A DNA stretch of 63,329 nt, the filler included, from Chiloscyllium plagiosum (Eukaryota), in assembly GCF_004010195.1 (NCBI RefSeq). It is 3 parts of one record of this genome, joined end to end, with 100 filler letters (N's around TTAATTAATTAA, not from the genome) between each part and the next. Parts side by side here need not be neighbours in the genome. Positions count along the whole stretch, not along the records: positions 1 to 31,339 come from NC_057714.1; 2 more parts are not named here. The stretch is one strand, 5' to 3'. A program made the position numbers and the translations under genes. Below are positions 12,031 to 22,685 of this stretch, piece by piece. Each line of letters begins with the position of its first letter. Position 1 is the first letter of the stretch. The notes beneath the pieces are model-generated. The model was given only the letters and a program-made list of their open reading frames with translations. It was not told the DNA's origin and did no database searches.

Positions 12031-13384
12031 GTGATCTCCTATAGAACAAATCCTAAGTGGTAGTACTGAAAATTGAGTTAAATAGTTTGGTTATTATGAA
12101 AGAATGATTTGTTAGTTTTGGAAAGGAGAATATGAAGGTGGGACTATTATGCTGTGTGCGTGACTCGTGTTATAGTTATGAAGAAGAGTCTTAGATTAGC
12201 TGTGATCAAATAGCTTTTGCCATCAGCCAAGGACTGACATCTGTAGCTTCATCAATAAAATTAGGGTTATGTTGAACTCTTAACTTTAAGGAATCTAGAT
12301 GGCTGCATTCTAGTTCTGCAGCATATTACACATTACCATTAAACTTCGTATTTTTTTTTTCTTTGTTATTGATTCTCTTAACTACTTCACTATTTAACAG
12401 ATCTAACATGCACAATATACAGACAATTGGTTTTGGGATCAAAGTGCATGACTTCCAATGGCAGATCTGTGACATATTTTATAGCTGCATTTTTTCCAAA
12501 CTGTAAAACAGGTTGACAATTCACCATCATCCATTTTTCCCAACCCCACAGACCAGTTTTACTCTCCAGGTGTCTGGAAGATGAAAGAAAGATGACTCAT
12601 TTTGATGATGACGCAGCAGATTGCATGAATTTAACTATGATTTGATGCTCTCACGTATAATTTGGGTATGCTCATTATGTGAAATAACCAACCTGTTCCA
12701 ATTCTTCAAAAGTGTTAAACAAAGGTTAAATTGTTTGAGTTAGAAATATCTTTTACTAAAATACCACATAAGCAGAGAAGGGCAAAACAGAAAATTAGTG
12801 AATAAATTCCAGACAGGATAAGGGATGAAACTAGGACAAAGATGCAGGCCAAGGAGATAGTGACTGAAAAAAGGACAGCCTAGACTGCACAATCAGCAGG
12901 CTAAGGGGAGGTCTTGGCTGGATAAAAATAATGCCTGATATACTACCATGGGAAATAAATAAATTGCATTAGTTTGGTACATGATTGCAAACAGTTCAGA
13001 TTAAAATTGAATACGTCCTAAGGTGTTTTGAAGAAATGAGAGCTTGTAGTATTTTTCCAGAGTTTAGTGTGATACAGTTTTAAAGTTGACTTTCTAATGC
13101 ATGCTGGAATAAATTATGTAACCTATATCTGAATATCCTGGTGGCTTGTCAAGTTGTACCATTACAATTTCCTGCTGATGTTTGCTGTTATGTAGTTTGT
13201 TATGTAGTTTTATGACATTGCTTTTCATTGATATGTACTAAAACTCTACATACGCTGCAGGGCTTCAGCATAGGCCATGTGCTCATGTTCCTGCAATCCT
13301 TCCCATACATTGCAATGTATCACAGTATGTCAGCAGATACCGATTTATGCTATGTTTAAGGTGAACTCCACTGTTGGCGTTCTT

Positions 13385-15817
13385 AAACATAGACTGGGAC
13401 TGCCATAGTGTTAAGGGTCAAGATGGAGAGGAATTTGTTAAGGGCGTACAAGAAAATTTTCTGATTCAATATGTGGATGTATCTACTTGAGAAGGTGGAA
13501 AACTTGACCTACTTTTGAGAAATAAGGCAGGGCAGGTGACTGAGGTGTCATTGGGGGAGCACTTTGGGGGCCAGTAACCATAATTCTAACAGATTTTAAA
13601 TAGTGATAGAAAAGGATAGACCAGATCTAAAAGTTGAAGTTCAAAATTGGAGGAAGGCCAATTTTGATGGTAATAGGCAAGAACTTTCAAAAGTAAATTG
13701 GGAGCAGATGTTTGCAGGTAAAGGGCTGGCTGGAAAATGGAAAGCCTTCAGAAATGAGATAACGAGAGTCCAGAGACAGTATATTCCTGTTTGGATGAAA
13801 GGAAAACTGGTAGTTATAGGGAATGATGGATGACGAGAGAAATTGAGGGTTTGGTTAAGAAAAAGAAGGAAGCATATGTAAGGTATAGACAGGATAGATC
13901 GAGTGAATCCTTAGAGTATAAAGGCAGTCGGAATATATTTAAGAATGAAATCAGGAGGGCAAAAAGAGGACATAAGATTCCTTTGGCAAATAAGGTTAAG
14001 GAGAATCCAAAGGATTTTTACAAATACATTAAGGACAAAAGGGTAATTAGGGAGAGAGTAGGGCCCCTCAAAGATCAGCAAGGCAGCCTTTGTCTGAAGC
14101 CGCATGATACTAAATGAGTATTTTGCATCTGTATTTATGTGGAGAAGGACATGGAAGATATAGAACTTAGGGAAATTTTTTTTTTTCACAGTCAGTCGCC
14201 TGAGGCGGGAATTGAACCCGGGTCTCTGGCGCTGTGAGGCAGCAGTGCTAACCACTGTGCCACCGTGCCGCCCGTGTAGATGATGACATCTTGGAAAATG
14301 TTCATATTACAGAGGAGGAAGTGGTGGAGATGCATAAAAGTGGATAAATCCCCAGGAACTGATCAGGTGTACCCTCGAACTCTATGGGAAGCTCGAGAAG
14401 TAATTTCTGGGCCTCTTGCTGAGATGTTTGTACCATCCATAATCACAGCTGAGATGCCGAAAGACTGAAGGTTGGCTAATAATGTACCACTCTTTAAGAA
14501 AGGTGGTAAGGACAAGCCAGGAAACTATCGACCAGTGAGCCTGATGTCAGTGGTGGGCAAGTTGTTGGAGGGAATTCCGACTGACAGGATTTACACTTAT
14601 TTGGAAAGGCAAGGACTGATGAGGAATAGTCAACATGGCTTTGTGCATGGGAAATCATGTCTCACAAACTTGATTGAGTTTTTTGAAGAAGTAACAAAGA
14701 AGATTGATGAGGGCAGAGTGGTAGATGTGATCTATATGGACTTCAGTAAGGCATTCGAAAAGGTTCCCCAATGGAGACTGGTTAGCAAGGTTAGATCTCA
14801 TGGAATACAGAAAGAACTAGCCATTTGGATACAAAACTGACTGAAAAGTAGTAGACAGCAGGTGGTGGTGGAGGGTTGGTTTTTAGACTGGAGGCCACAA
14901 GGATTGGTGCTGGCCCCACTATTTTTCATCATTTATATACATGATTTGGATGTGAGCATAAGAGGTATAGATAGTAAGTTTGCAGATGACACTAAAATTG
15001 GAGGTGTAGTGGACAGCGAAGAAGGTAACCTCAGATTACAACGGGATCTTGATCAGATGGTCCAATAGGCTGAGGAGTGGTAAATGGAGTTTAATTTAGA
15101 TATATGTGAGGTGCTGCATTTTGGCAAAGCAAATCAGGGCAGGACTTATACACTTAATGGTAAAGTCCTAGGGAGTGTTGCTGAACAAAGAGACCTTGGA
15201 GTGCAGGTTCATAGCTCCTTGAAAGTAGAGTCACAGTTAAAAGGATAGTGATGAAGGCATTTGGTTTGGTTTCCTTTATTTGTCAGGGTATTGCATATAG
15301 GAATTGGGAGGTCATGTTGCGGTTGCGCAGGACATTGGTTAGGCCCCTGTTGGAATATTGCATGCAATTCTGGTCTCCTTCCTATCGGAAAGATGTTGTA
15401 AAACTTAAAAGGGTTCAGAAAAGACTTACAAGGATGTTACCAGGTTTGGAGGAGTTGAGGTATAGGGAGAAGCTGAAAAGGCTGGGGCTGTTTTCTCTGG
15501 AGCATTAGAGGCTGAGGGGTGACCTTATTGAGGTTTCTAAAATCATGAAGGGCATGGATACGGTAAATAGACAAGGTCTTTTCCCTGGGGTCGGGAAGTC
15601 CAGAACTAGAGGGCATAGGTTTAGGATGAGATATAAAAGGGACCTAAGGAGTAACATTTTGATGCAAAGGTTGGTAGGTGTATGGAATGAGCTGCCAGAG
15701 GAAGTGGTGGAAGCTGGAACAATTGCAACATTTAAAAGGCATCTGGATGGGTATATGAATAGGAAGGGTTTGGAGGGATATGGACTGGGTGCTGGCAAGT
15801 GGGACTAGATTGGGTTG
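13385..15817 (+). mobile_element. CR1 LINE ORF2 (APE end, RT, 3' UTR), decayed; continues at 20737-20810 after the ERV
   Basis: KSPGTDQVYPR, PGNYRPVSL, QHGF, KFADDTK and LVRPLLEYC. The 3' UTR GACTAGATTGG-GTTG-GGATATCTG is split by the ERV. Confidence 0.93.
14176..14276 (-). mobile_element. SINE head only, followed by an A-tract, inserted into the CR1
   Basis: About 90 nt of the HE1-like tRNA head followed on the minus strand by A11. CR1 sequence GGAAA|TAGATG resumes on both sides. Confidence 0.85.
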
Positions 15818-16325
15818 TGTAAGTATATGGCTTGGTGGGTGCGGCCACGGTTGCGGTCGGGGGAACGAGATAAACAGCAAGGGTGTTACCGCCCTGTGCG
15901 TACAGATACGGGATGTGTGGAGACTGTTTCGCGCGCAAGAGGAGGTCACATGGAGACTGTTTCGTGGGCAGAAGGAGGTCACATGGGGTCAGACATCCGG
16001 GATCGCGAGAAGGCGGAGAATGGAGTCTGATCAACAGCCAATCAGAAGACAATCCCACCTCCGTGATTACATGACGTTTTGTACTGTATAAAAGACTGGG
16101 TCAGGGGCAGGATAGGGGTCGGACTTTGTGAACTGACACACTTTGCTGTTTGTCAGGGACGGGAAGGTCTAGACCCAGAGCGCTGTATACTTTATTCACT
16201 TACTGCTAAAATAAACTAAGAGTTTGAGACCGAATATCTTCTCCTATTGCTTCATTGAAAGAATACGTAGGACTCTGCTCACACATAGAGGAAAGTAAGC
16301 TGGTAGATTGAGCCAAAGTCCAACA
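15818..16325 (+). repeat. 5' LTR (508 bp)
   Basis: TG...CA ends, CCAAT 16038, TGACGT 16072, TATAAAA 16087, AATAAA 16210. Has a ~33-bp tandem duplication at about 15918-15985 that is absent from the 3' LTR. Confidence 0.96.
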
Positions 16326-16328
16326 ATT

Positions 16329-16346
16329 TGGTGACCCCGACGTGAT
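16329..16346 (+). promoter_or_regulatory. Primer-binding site, tRNA-Trp
   Basis: TGGTGACCCCGACGTGAT is the exact complement of the 3' 18 nt of vertebrate tRNA-Trp (ATCACGTCGGGGTCACCA). It lies 3 nt after the LTR. Confidence 0.93.
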
Positions 16347-16550
16347 GAAGACTGAGAAGTGACGGAAAAAAAGAGAGAAAAATAGAAACAACGGACAACT
16401 GATGTCTGATGACAACAACAAGTAGCGCTGCATAAAAAGGTGAGCAGACACCTGTTTATATCGAAGTTCTGCAATTGGAGATACCAAATTGATTGTTGTC
16501 ATTATACTGCAAGTGTCCTAGTAATAGTAAGTGGATAAAGTTTTGATATA

Positions 16551-16776
16551 GTATGTACGGGTTTAAAGTCACATGGGGTTAGAGTCCCCATAAAAGCAAC
16601 AAGGTACGTATGGGTTTAAAGTCCCATGGGGTTAGAGTCCCCATAAAAGCAACAAAGTTTAATAGGTACAGGTTTAAAGTCCCTTGGGGTTAGAGTCCCC
16701 ATAAAAGCAACAAGGTACGTGAGTGTGAGGAGGTTTAAAGTCCATTGAGCAGGATCTCATAAATGCAACGCTCACA
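16551..16776 (+). repeat. Four tandem copies of a ~43-nt hairpin motif in the ERV leader
   Basis: GGTTTAAAGTC-N-ATGGGG TTAGAGT CCCCAT-AAAAGCAAC at 16560, 16613 and 16671 (copy 3 starts its stem with T), plus a divergent copy at 16732. Confidence 0.9.
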
Positions 16777-17090
16777 AATTTTGGTTTATGATTGATGTGT
16801 TGTAAGTTTTAAAATTATATTGGGGAACGTACGGAGGGTGGCAGAAAAGCCAGTAGTGTCTCGAAGACAAAGACGGTGGTGTCTCAGCGAGAGAGAGTCG
16901 GCAGTGGAAACCTAATGGTGATAACGAAACTGCTGATCATTCTCACTGAAAGGGTCAGTTGCTCGGGTGTACTCCATACAAACTGACAGGCCAACGGATT
17001 TGTCTCTGATTGGGTTGGTTGCTCGGTTATATTACATCCAAACCAACTGACTACTGGACGGGAGGATTAAAAACAAAAAAAACACATAAA

Positions 17091-17560
17091 ATGGAAGGGG
17101 AATTTGATAGAGTGTGTGAAGAATATGGAGGATGTTCTTCCAACTTAATGTTGCCCGTAAAACATCAGTGGGGTAAAGCCAGAAGTCAGTTAGTCAGTGG
17201 GCTCGCAAAGAACAAACAAAAAACAATGATTGAGAAGTATGACAAGATTTGAGGGAAGAAAGAGACAGAGAGAAATTGGATGGGGAGGCGTCTCAAAATA
17301 GTACGGAAATTGAGGACGAAGAATCCCTGACAGAGGATGACCCACACACCTACCCCATCACTTTGAAAGTCTCACTCACAATGCATACAGAACACGGCCC
17401 TCCACTGAAGCCCCTACCTGAAACAAGATATAACCTGTGTCAAAGAGACACATTACAACAACCCACAAAGTATCAGCACCACCAAATGCCATTAATTTAC
17501 AGAGGCTCCTATATGGGGGATGTTTATCAGCCCTTCACATTTACTGACATGAACTGCATC
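17091..17560 (+). pseudogene. gag: ERV gag remnant
   Basis: First ATG-led coding stretch after the leader, then an acidic/proline-rich region and a YQPFTFTDM capsid-start-like motif. Frameshifted and deleted; the call rests largely on position. Confidence 0.55.
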
Positions 17561-18279
17561 CTGAATGCACCACATATAACTTTCACACACAAAGGAATCA
17601 ACATGGCTGACAACATGGGAGAAGGAGAACCACATATGTGCGAGGAAAGAGTACAGAAAGACGTCAAAGTTAGGGCAAACTTGCAGGCAAAACCACTAGT
17701 AGGCCCAGAAGAAGTGCTGTTCACAGATGTTTACTTTTACAGACATCCAACTGAAGGACTTAAAGCAGCCTATGCAGTGGTGCGACAGACAAGTGAGGGA
17801 TTTGAGGAAGTGTTGATAGGAAAAGTGACAGGCAAAGAATCAGCCCAGTTGGCTGAACTACAGGCAATAATAGCTGCATTAGAATGGTCAGAGGGAAAAA
17901 GAGTGAACATCTACACCGACTCTGCATATGTGGTAGGAGCTATACAGGTAGAACTCAGTCAATGGATCAGAGCAGGATTCTTAACAGCAACAAAAAACCC
18001 CAATCAAACATGAAAAAGATGTGAAAAGATTAGCGGAGGCCCTAATGAAACCTGCAGAAGTGGCAGTGGTCAAGTGTAGAGGACATGACAGAACTGATAC
18101 AACAATAGCTAAGGGTAATCAGGAAGCAGACTTAGCAGCAAAAAAAAAGCAGCAGGATATGCAGCCCAGTACATAATGATGCAAACAGAGAGAACAGTGT
18201 ATGACTTGCTGTCTGCCTGTGATGTGAATGTGGTAATAAAAGAGCAGCAGAAAGCCTCTCCTCATGAACTGACAGTATG
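17561..18279 (+). pseudogene. pol: ERV pol remnant: tether plus RNase H
   Basis: LFTD...AAYAVV...SAQLAELQAIIAALEWSEGKRVNIYTDSAYV, then after a frameshift VAVVKCRGH...GNQEADLAAK. No protease or RT core visible. Confidence 0.92.
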
Positions 18280-19039
18280 TGAGGTGATTCACTTTGGTAA
18301 GAGTAATAAAAAGATGGGGTACTGGGCTAATGGTCGGATACTTGGTAGTGTGGATGAGCAGAGGGATCTTGGTGTCCATGTACACAAATCTTTGAAAGTT
18401 GCCATCCAGGTAAATAGTGCGGTGAAGAAGGCATATAGCGTACTGGCTTTTATTGGTAGAGGAATTGAGTTCCGGAGTACTGAGGTCATGTTGCAGTTGT
18501 ATAAGACTCTGGTGCGGCCGCATCTGGAGTATTGTGTGCAGTTTTGGTCGCCATACTATAGGAAGGATGTGGAGGCACTGGAATGGGTGCAGAGGAGGTT
18601 TACCAGGATGTTGCCTGGTATGGTAGAAAGATCGTATGAGGAAAGGCTGAGGCACTTGGGGTTGTTTACATTGGAGAAAAGAAGGTTTAGGGGTGACTTG
18701 ATAGAGGTGTACAAGATGATTAGGGGTTTAGATAGGGCCGACAGTGAGAATCTTTTTCCACGTAGGGAGTCAGCTATTACAAGGGGGCATAGCTTTAAAT
18801 TAAGGGATGGTAGGTATAGGATGTTAGGGGTAGGTTCTTTACTCAGCAAGTCGTGAGTTCATGGAATGCCCTGCCAGTAGCAGTGGTGGACTCTCCCTCA
18901 TTATGGGCATTTAAGCGGGCATTGGATAGGCATATGGAGGATAGTGGGCTAGTGTAGGTTAGGTGGGCTTGGATTGGCGCAACATCGAGGGCCGAAGGGC
19001 CTGTACTGCGCTGTATTCTTCTATGTTCTATGTTCTATG
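18280..19039 (+). mobile_element. Young 5'-truncated CR1 inserted in ERV pol
   Basis: CEVIHFGK...[15 protein letters not shown], (TTCTATG)n tail. Removing it restores pol ELTV-WRERGA, with TATG at both junctions. Confidence 0.94.
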
Positions 19040-19790
19040 GAGAGAGAGAGGGGCCACAGAGTCAGAAGGGATTTGGAGGTCACCGGATGGTAGACCAGTC
19101 CTACCCCCAGGTTTGATCGCTTCCATGCTCCAGGAAGCTCATGGTTGACACATTGTGGAAAAACGCAGATGCAGAGGTATCTGACACATTGGCAGCATCC
19201 GTTCTTGCCGGCAATGATTGAAAATTACATCAGAGGATGTAAAACGTGTACAGAATACAATGTAAAAGCAACAGTGTACCATCCTCAGTCACAGGGAAAA
19301 GTGGAAAGAATGAATTAGTCCATAAAAGGAAAAATAGGAACAGTGTGTGCACAAACAAAGTTAAGCTGGGTGGATGCCCTACCCTTAACTTTAATGTCCA
19401 TTAGAAGCTCAGTAAACTCTATCACAGGGTTCACCCCGTACGAGCTAACAACAGGGCAGCAGTTCCCGGGACCGGGAGCTGGAATACAGATGTTAGAGGG
19501 AGGAGGAGCCTCTCTAAGGTACAAACCTTACTATGACCAACTAACAGCTTTGGTGTCAGCTTTCTCCAAACAGGTTGGATCGGCAAAGGGGGACCAACAG
19601 AGCCAGGTGCCATCTACCACAGACTGGGTCCTGCTGAAGGTGATCAAACAGAAGTGGTCGGAGCCAAGGTGGACAGGACCTTACAAGGTGGTGGAGAGGA
19701 CATCTCATGCGGTCACACTACAGGGGAAAGGAGAACGCTGGTACATTGGAGCCAGTGTGCAGCTACGGAACCGCCAACGAGAACTCTAGA
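19040..19790 (+). pseudogene. pol: ERV integrase remnant
   Basis: Zinc-finger H-H-C-C pieces (EAHG, THCG, CKTC), YHPQSQGKVERMN, WVDALPL, TPYEL and WTGPYKV. The first two catalytic Asp segments appear deleted. Confidence 0.9.
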
Positions 19791-20218
19791 ACAAAGGGTT
19801 CTGGAAAAAGGGGAGAGTGTGCTCTATGTTCGGAGATCAATGTTGTATGTTCATCCCCAACAATACAGCACCTGATGGCTCGGTAACCAGAGCCCTGGAA
19901 GGACTAAGAACCTTGTCTGAAGAAATGCATGAACATTCAAGTATTGACAACCCTCTAGGAGGCATTTTTGACTCATGGTTTGGGAAATGGAAAGGATTAA
20001 CTGTATCTGTGTTTATGTCCCTCATTGGTATGATGATTGTGTTAGTGTTGTGTGGATGTTGTTGTATCCCCTGTATTAGATCTCTGTTGAACAGGGTAAT
20101 CATCACAGCAATTGAAGGGAAGGCTCCCCCGCTCTACCAGATGTCACAGATGGAGGCGGAAACCATAGCTCTGGCAGGCAGGGAAGACTATGCATCGGAG
20201 AGCGAATGTGATGTATAA
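19790..20218 (+). pseudogene. env: ERV env transmembrane-subunit remnant (gamma-type)
   Basis: CX6CC motif CSMFGDQCC, NNT sequon, heptad, hydrophobic TM (LTVSVFMSLIGMMIVLVL), Cys-rich CGCCCIPC tail. SU is absent. Confidence 0.9.
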
Positions 20219-20250
20219 AACTGGTTTGATGGTCTCATTTTCATGAGACC

Positions 20251-20260
20251 AAAAGGGGGA
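20251..20260 (+). promoter_or_regulatory. Polypurine tract
   Basis: AAAAGGGGGA, 2 nt before the 3' LTR. Confidence 0.88.
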
Positions 20261-20262
20261 CT

Positions 20263-20736
20263 TGTAAGTATATGGCTTGGTGGGAGCGGCCACTGTTGCG
20301 GTCGGGGGAACGAAATAAACAGCAAGGGTGTTACCGCCCTGTGCGTACAGATACGGGATGTGTGGAGACTTTCGCGCGCAAGAGGAGGTCACATGGGGTC
20401 AGACATCCGGGAACGCGAGAAGGCGGAGAATGGAGTCAGATCAACAGCCAATCAGAAGACAATCCCACCTCAGTGATTACATGACGTTTTGTACTGTATA
20501 AAAGACTGCGTCAGGGGCAGGATAGGGGTCGGACTTTGTGAACTGATACACTTTGCTGTTTGTCAGGGACGGGAAGGTCTAGACCCAGAGCGCTGTATAC
20601 TTTATCCACTTACTGCTAAAAAAAAACCAAGAGTTTGAGACCGAATATCTTCTCCTATTGCTTCATTGAAAGAACACGCAGGACTCAGCTCACACATAGA
20701 GGAAAGTAAGCTGGTAGATTGAGCCAAAGTCCAACA
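20263..20736 (+). repeat. 3' LTR (474 bp)
   Basis: About 97% identical to the 5' LTR by manual comparison. The AATAAA position reads as an A-run. Confidence 0.96.
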
Positions 20737-21474
20737 GTTGGGATATCTGATCGGCATGAACGAGTTGGACCAAAGGGTCTGTTTCCGTGCTGTACATCTC
20801 TATGATTCTAAATACTACTTCCATCTATCTTAGGACTGAGAGTATCTACTCATATGCTCTTGGAGTCTGCTCACTTTTACCATGGTGATTCACTGTGTAC
20901 TCTGTACAGCAGATCTTATTCTTAATATGCTGCAATCATTCTGCACTTTTTAAAAACTCAATTCTAAGTCTGTTAAAATTACTAACACTGTTGCCTTAAA
21001 TCTACTTGCAGGTCTGAAGATTCTCTGATAGACCAGGCCTGACTGCCATGCCCACAGGCCGAGAGCAAAATTTAATGTTGATCTCGTTCTTTGTGTACCT
21101 TCTCTGCAGCCGCAACACTGTATTCTTCACTCTGCTCTATTACCCTAAGGCACTTTGTATCGTATGATCTGCCTGTACTGCACACAAAACAATTTTTTTT
21201 CCCTGTACCTAGGTACATGTGATAATAATAAATCAAATAAAGAGTAAAGTTTTCTCACTCACTTCTGTACTGTAACACTATTTAGTTATGTATTTTGCAG
21301 TTTATTGCAAACAGCTATCTAGCACCATGTCTGAGTCTTCTCATCTCACTACTTTCATCTCTGGTTTCCTCTGATCCGATGATATCATTAACTTAATGAG
21401 TTACTTCATCATTACGTGCATATTCCATTATACTACAGATACTTTTTGTATGAATACATGTTTTTAGATACACT

Positions 21475-21805
21475 GGCATGGTGGCGCACTAGTTAGCACT
21501 GCTGCCTCACAGCGCCAGGGACCTGAGTTTGATTCCAGCCTCAGGCGACTGTGTGGTGTTTGCACATTTCCCCCCCATGTGGGTTTCCTTTTGGTGCTCT
21601 GATTTCCTCCTGCAATCCAAAGATGTGCAGATTAGGTGAATTGGCCATGCTAAATTGCCCATAGTCTTCAGTGATGTGTAGGTTAGGTGCATTGTTCAGG
21701 GGTAAATATAGGGTAGGGGAATGGCTCTGGGTGGGTTACTCTTCGGAGGGTTGGCATGGACTTGTTAGGCTGAAAGGCCTGTTTCCACACTAGGGATTCT
21801 ATGAT
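21475..21805 (+). mobile_element. HE1-like SINE
   Basis: Head, body and CTATGATT tail. Confidence 0.88.
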
Positions 21806-22218
21806 TTTACAAAAAAAAAAAGCTCATTCTGTCATGGAACCGACATAACCCAAGATAACATACTGTTTAGACTCAAAGAAATGGACCCAATTTCCTCTTT
21901 CAAACCAATGGCATATTTTAAAAATCTTTGAATGCAAGCTAATGGAATTGGAATGAATTGCATTGAAATGTAAAAGAAAAGCTTTGTCAATCCCATTCTC
22001 TTAAATCTAGTTTGCAGAAATTATGCTTTGGTAAGTTCATGCATTAATGTTTCCTCACAAAGAAGGAAATAAACCAGGAATATAGTAAACATTTAGCCTA
22101 TACCTCAGACCTGTATTTCCAGGTTTTTAAGTGAGCTAATAGATTGTCAAGAAATGAACTGTTGCAGGACTTTTGCAGGATTGGTTTAAATATTGAAATG
22201 ACTCACCATTGAATCCTG

Positions 22219-22685
22219 GAGATGTACAGCACAGAGACAGACCCTTCAACTCATCTGTGCCATCCAGATATCTTAAATTAATCTTGTCCCATTTGCCAGC
22301 ACTTGGCCAATATCCCTCTAAACCCTTCCTCTTCATATACCCATCCAGATCCTTTTAAATGTAATTATACCAGCCTTCACCACTTCCTCTGGCATATTAT
22401 TCCATATAAGCACCACCCTCTGCATGAAAATGTTGCCCTTAGGTCCCTTTTAAAATTTTCCCTTTTCACCCTGTACCTGTGCCCTTTCCTTCTGGACTCC
22501 CCCACCCCACGGTATTTATCCTACTCATGCCCCTCATGATTTTATAAATCTTGATAAGGTCACTTCTTAGCCTCCAACGCTTCAAGGGAAACAGATCCAG
22601 CCTAGTCAGCCTCTCCCTACAGCTCCAATCCTCCAACCCTGGCAACATCCTGTAAATGTTTGCTGAGCCCTTTCAAGTTTCACAG
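22219..22685 (-). mobile_element. CR1 3' fragment
   Basis: MLPGLED...RLRSDLIKIYKIM plus 3' UTR. Confidence 0.85.

Larger units (their letters stand above)
15818..20736 (+). mobile_element. Endogenous retrovirus provirus (class I, gamma/epsilon-like), internally deleted
   Basis: Two LTRs (TGTAAG...CCAACA), GTTG TSD at 15814-15817 and 20737-20740, PBS, PPT, and gag/RNase H/IN/env remnants in retroviral order. Confidence 0.96.

Noticed and set aside
16560..16769. CRISPR-like array, or twister/pistol ribozyme, as an explanation for the leader repeats
   Set aside because: Spacers are only about 10-18 nt, there are no cas genes, and the context is a vertebrate retrovirus. The resemblance to twister and pistol loops is superficial: the required P2 and pseudoknot pairings could not be built in all copies.
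18176..18856. Apparent ERV-LINE fusion protein
   Set aside because: Chance in-frame junction of a truncated CR1 in a dead pol, with no complete domain.
19817..20218. Domesticated env (syncytin-like) gene
   Set aside because: No signal peptide, SU, furin site or fusion peptide. The ORF is only the TM C-terminal part within a young provirus.
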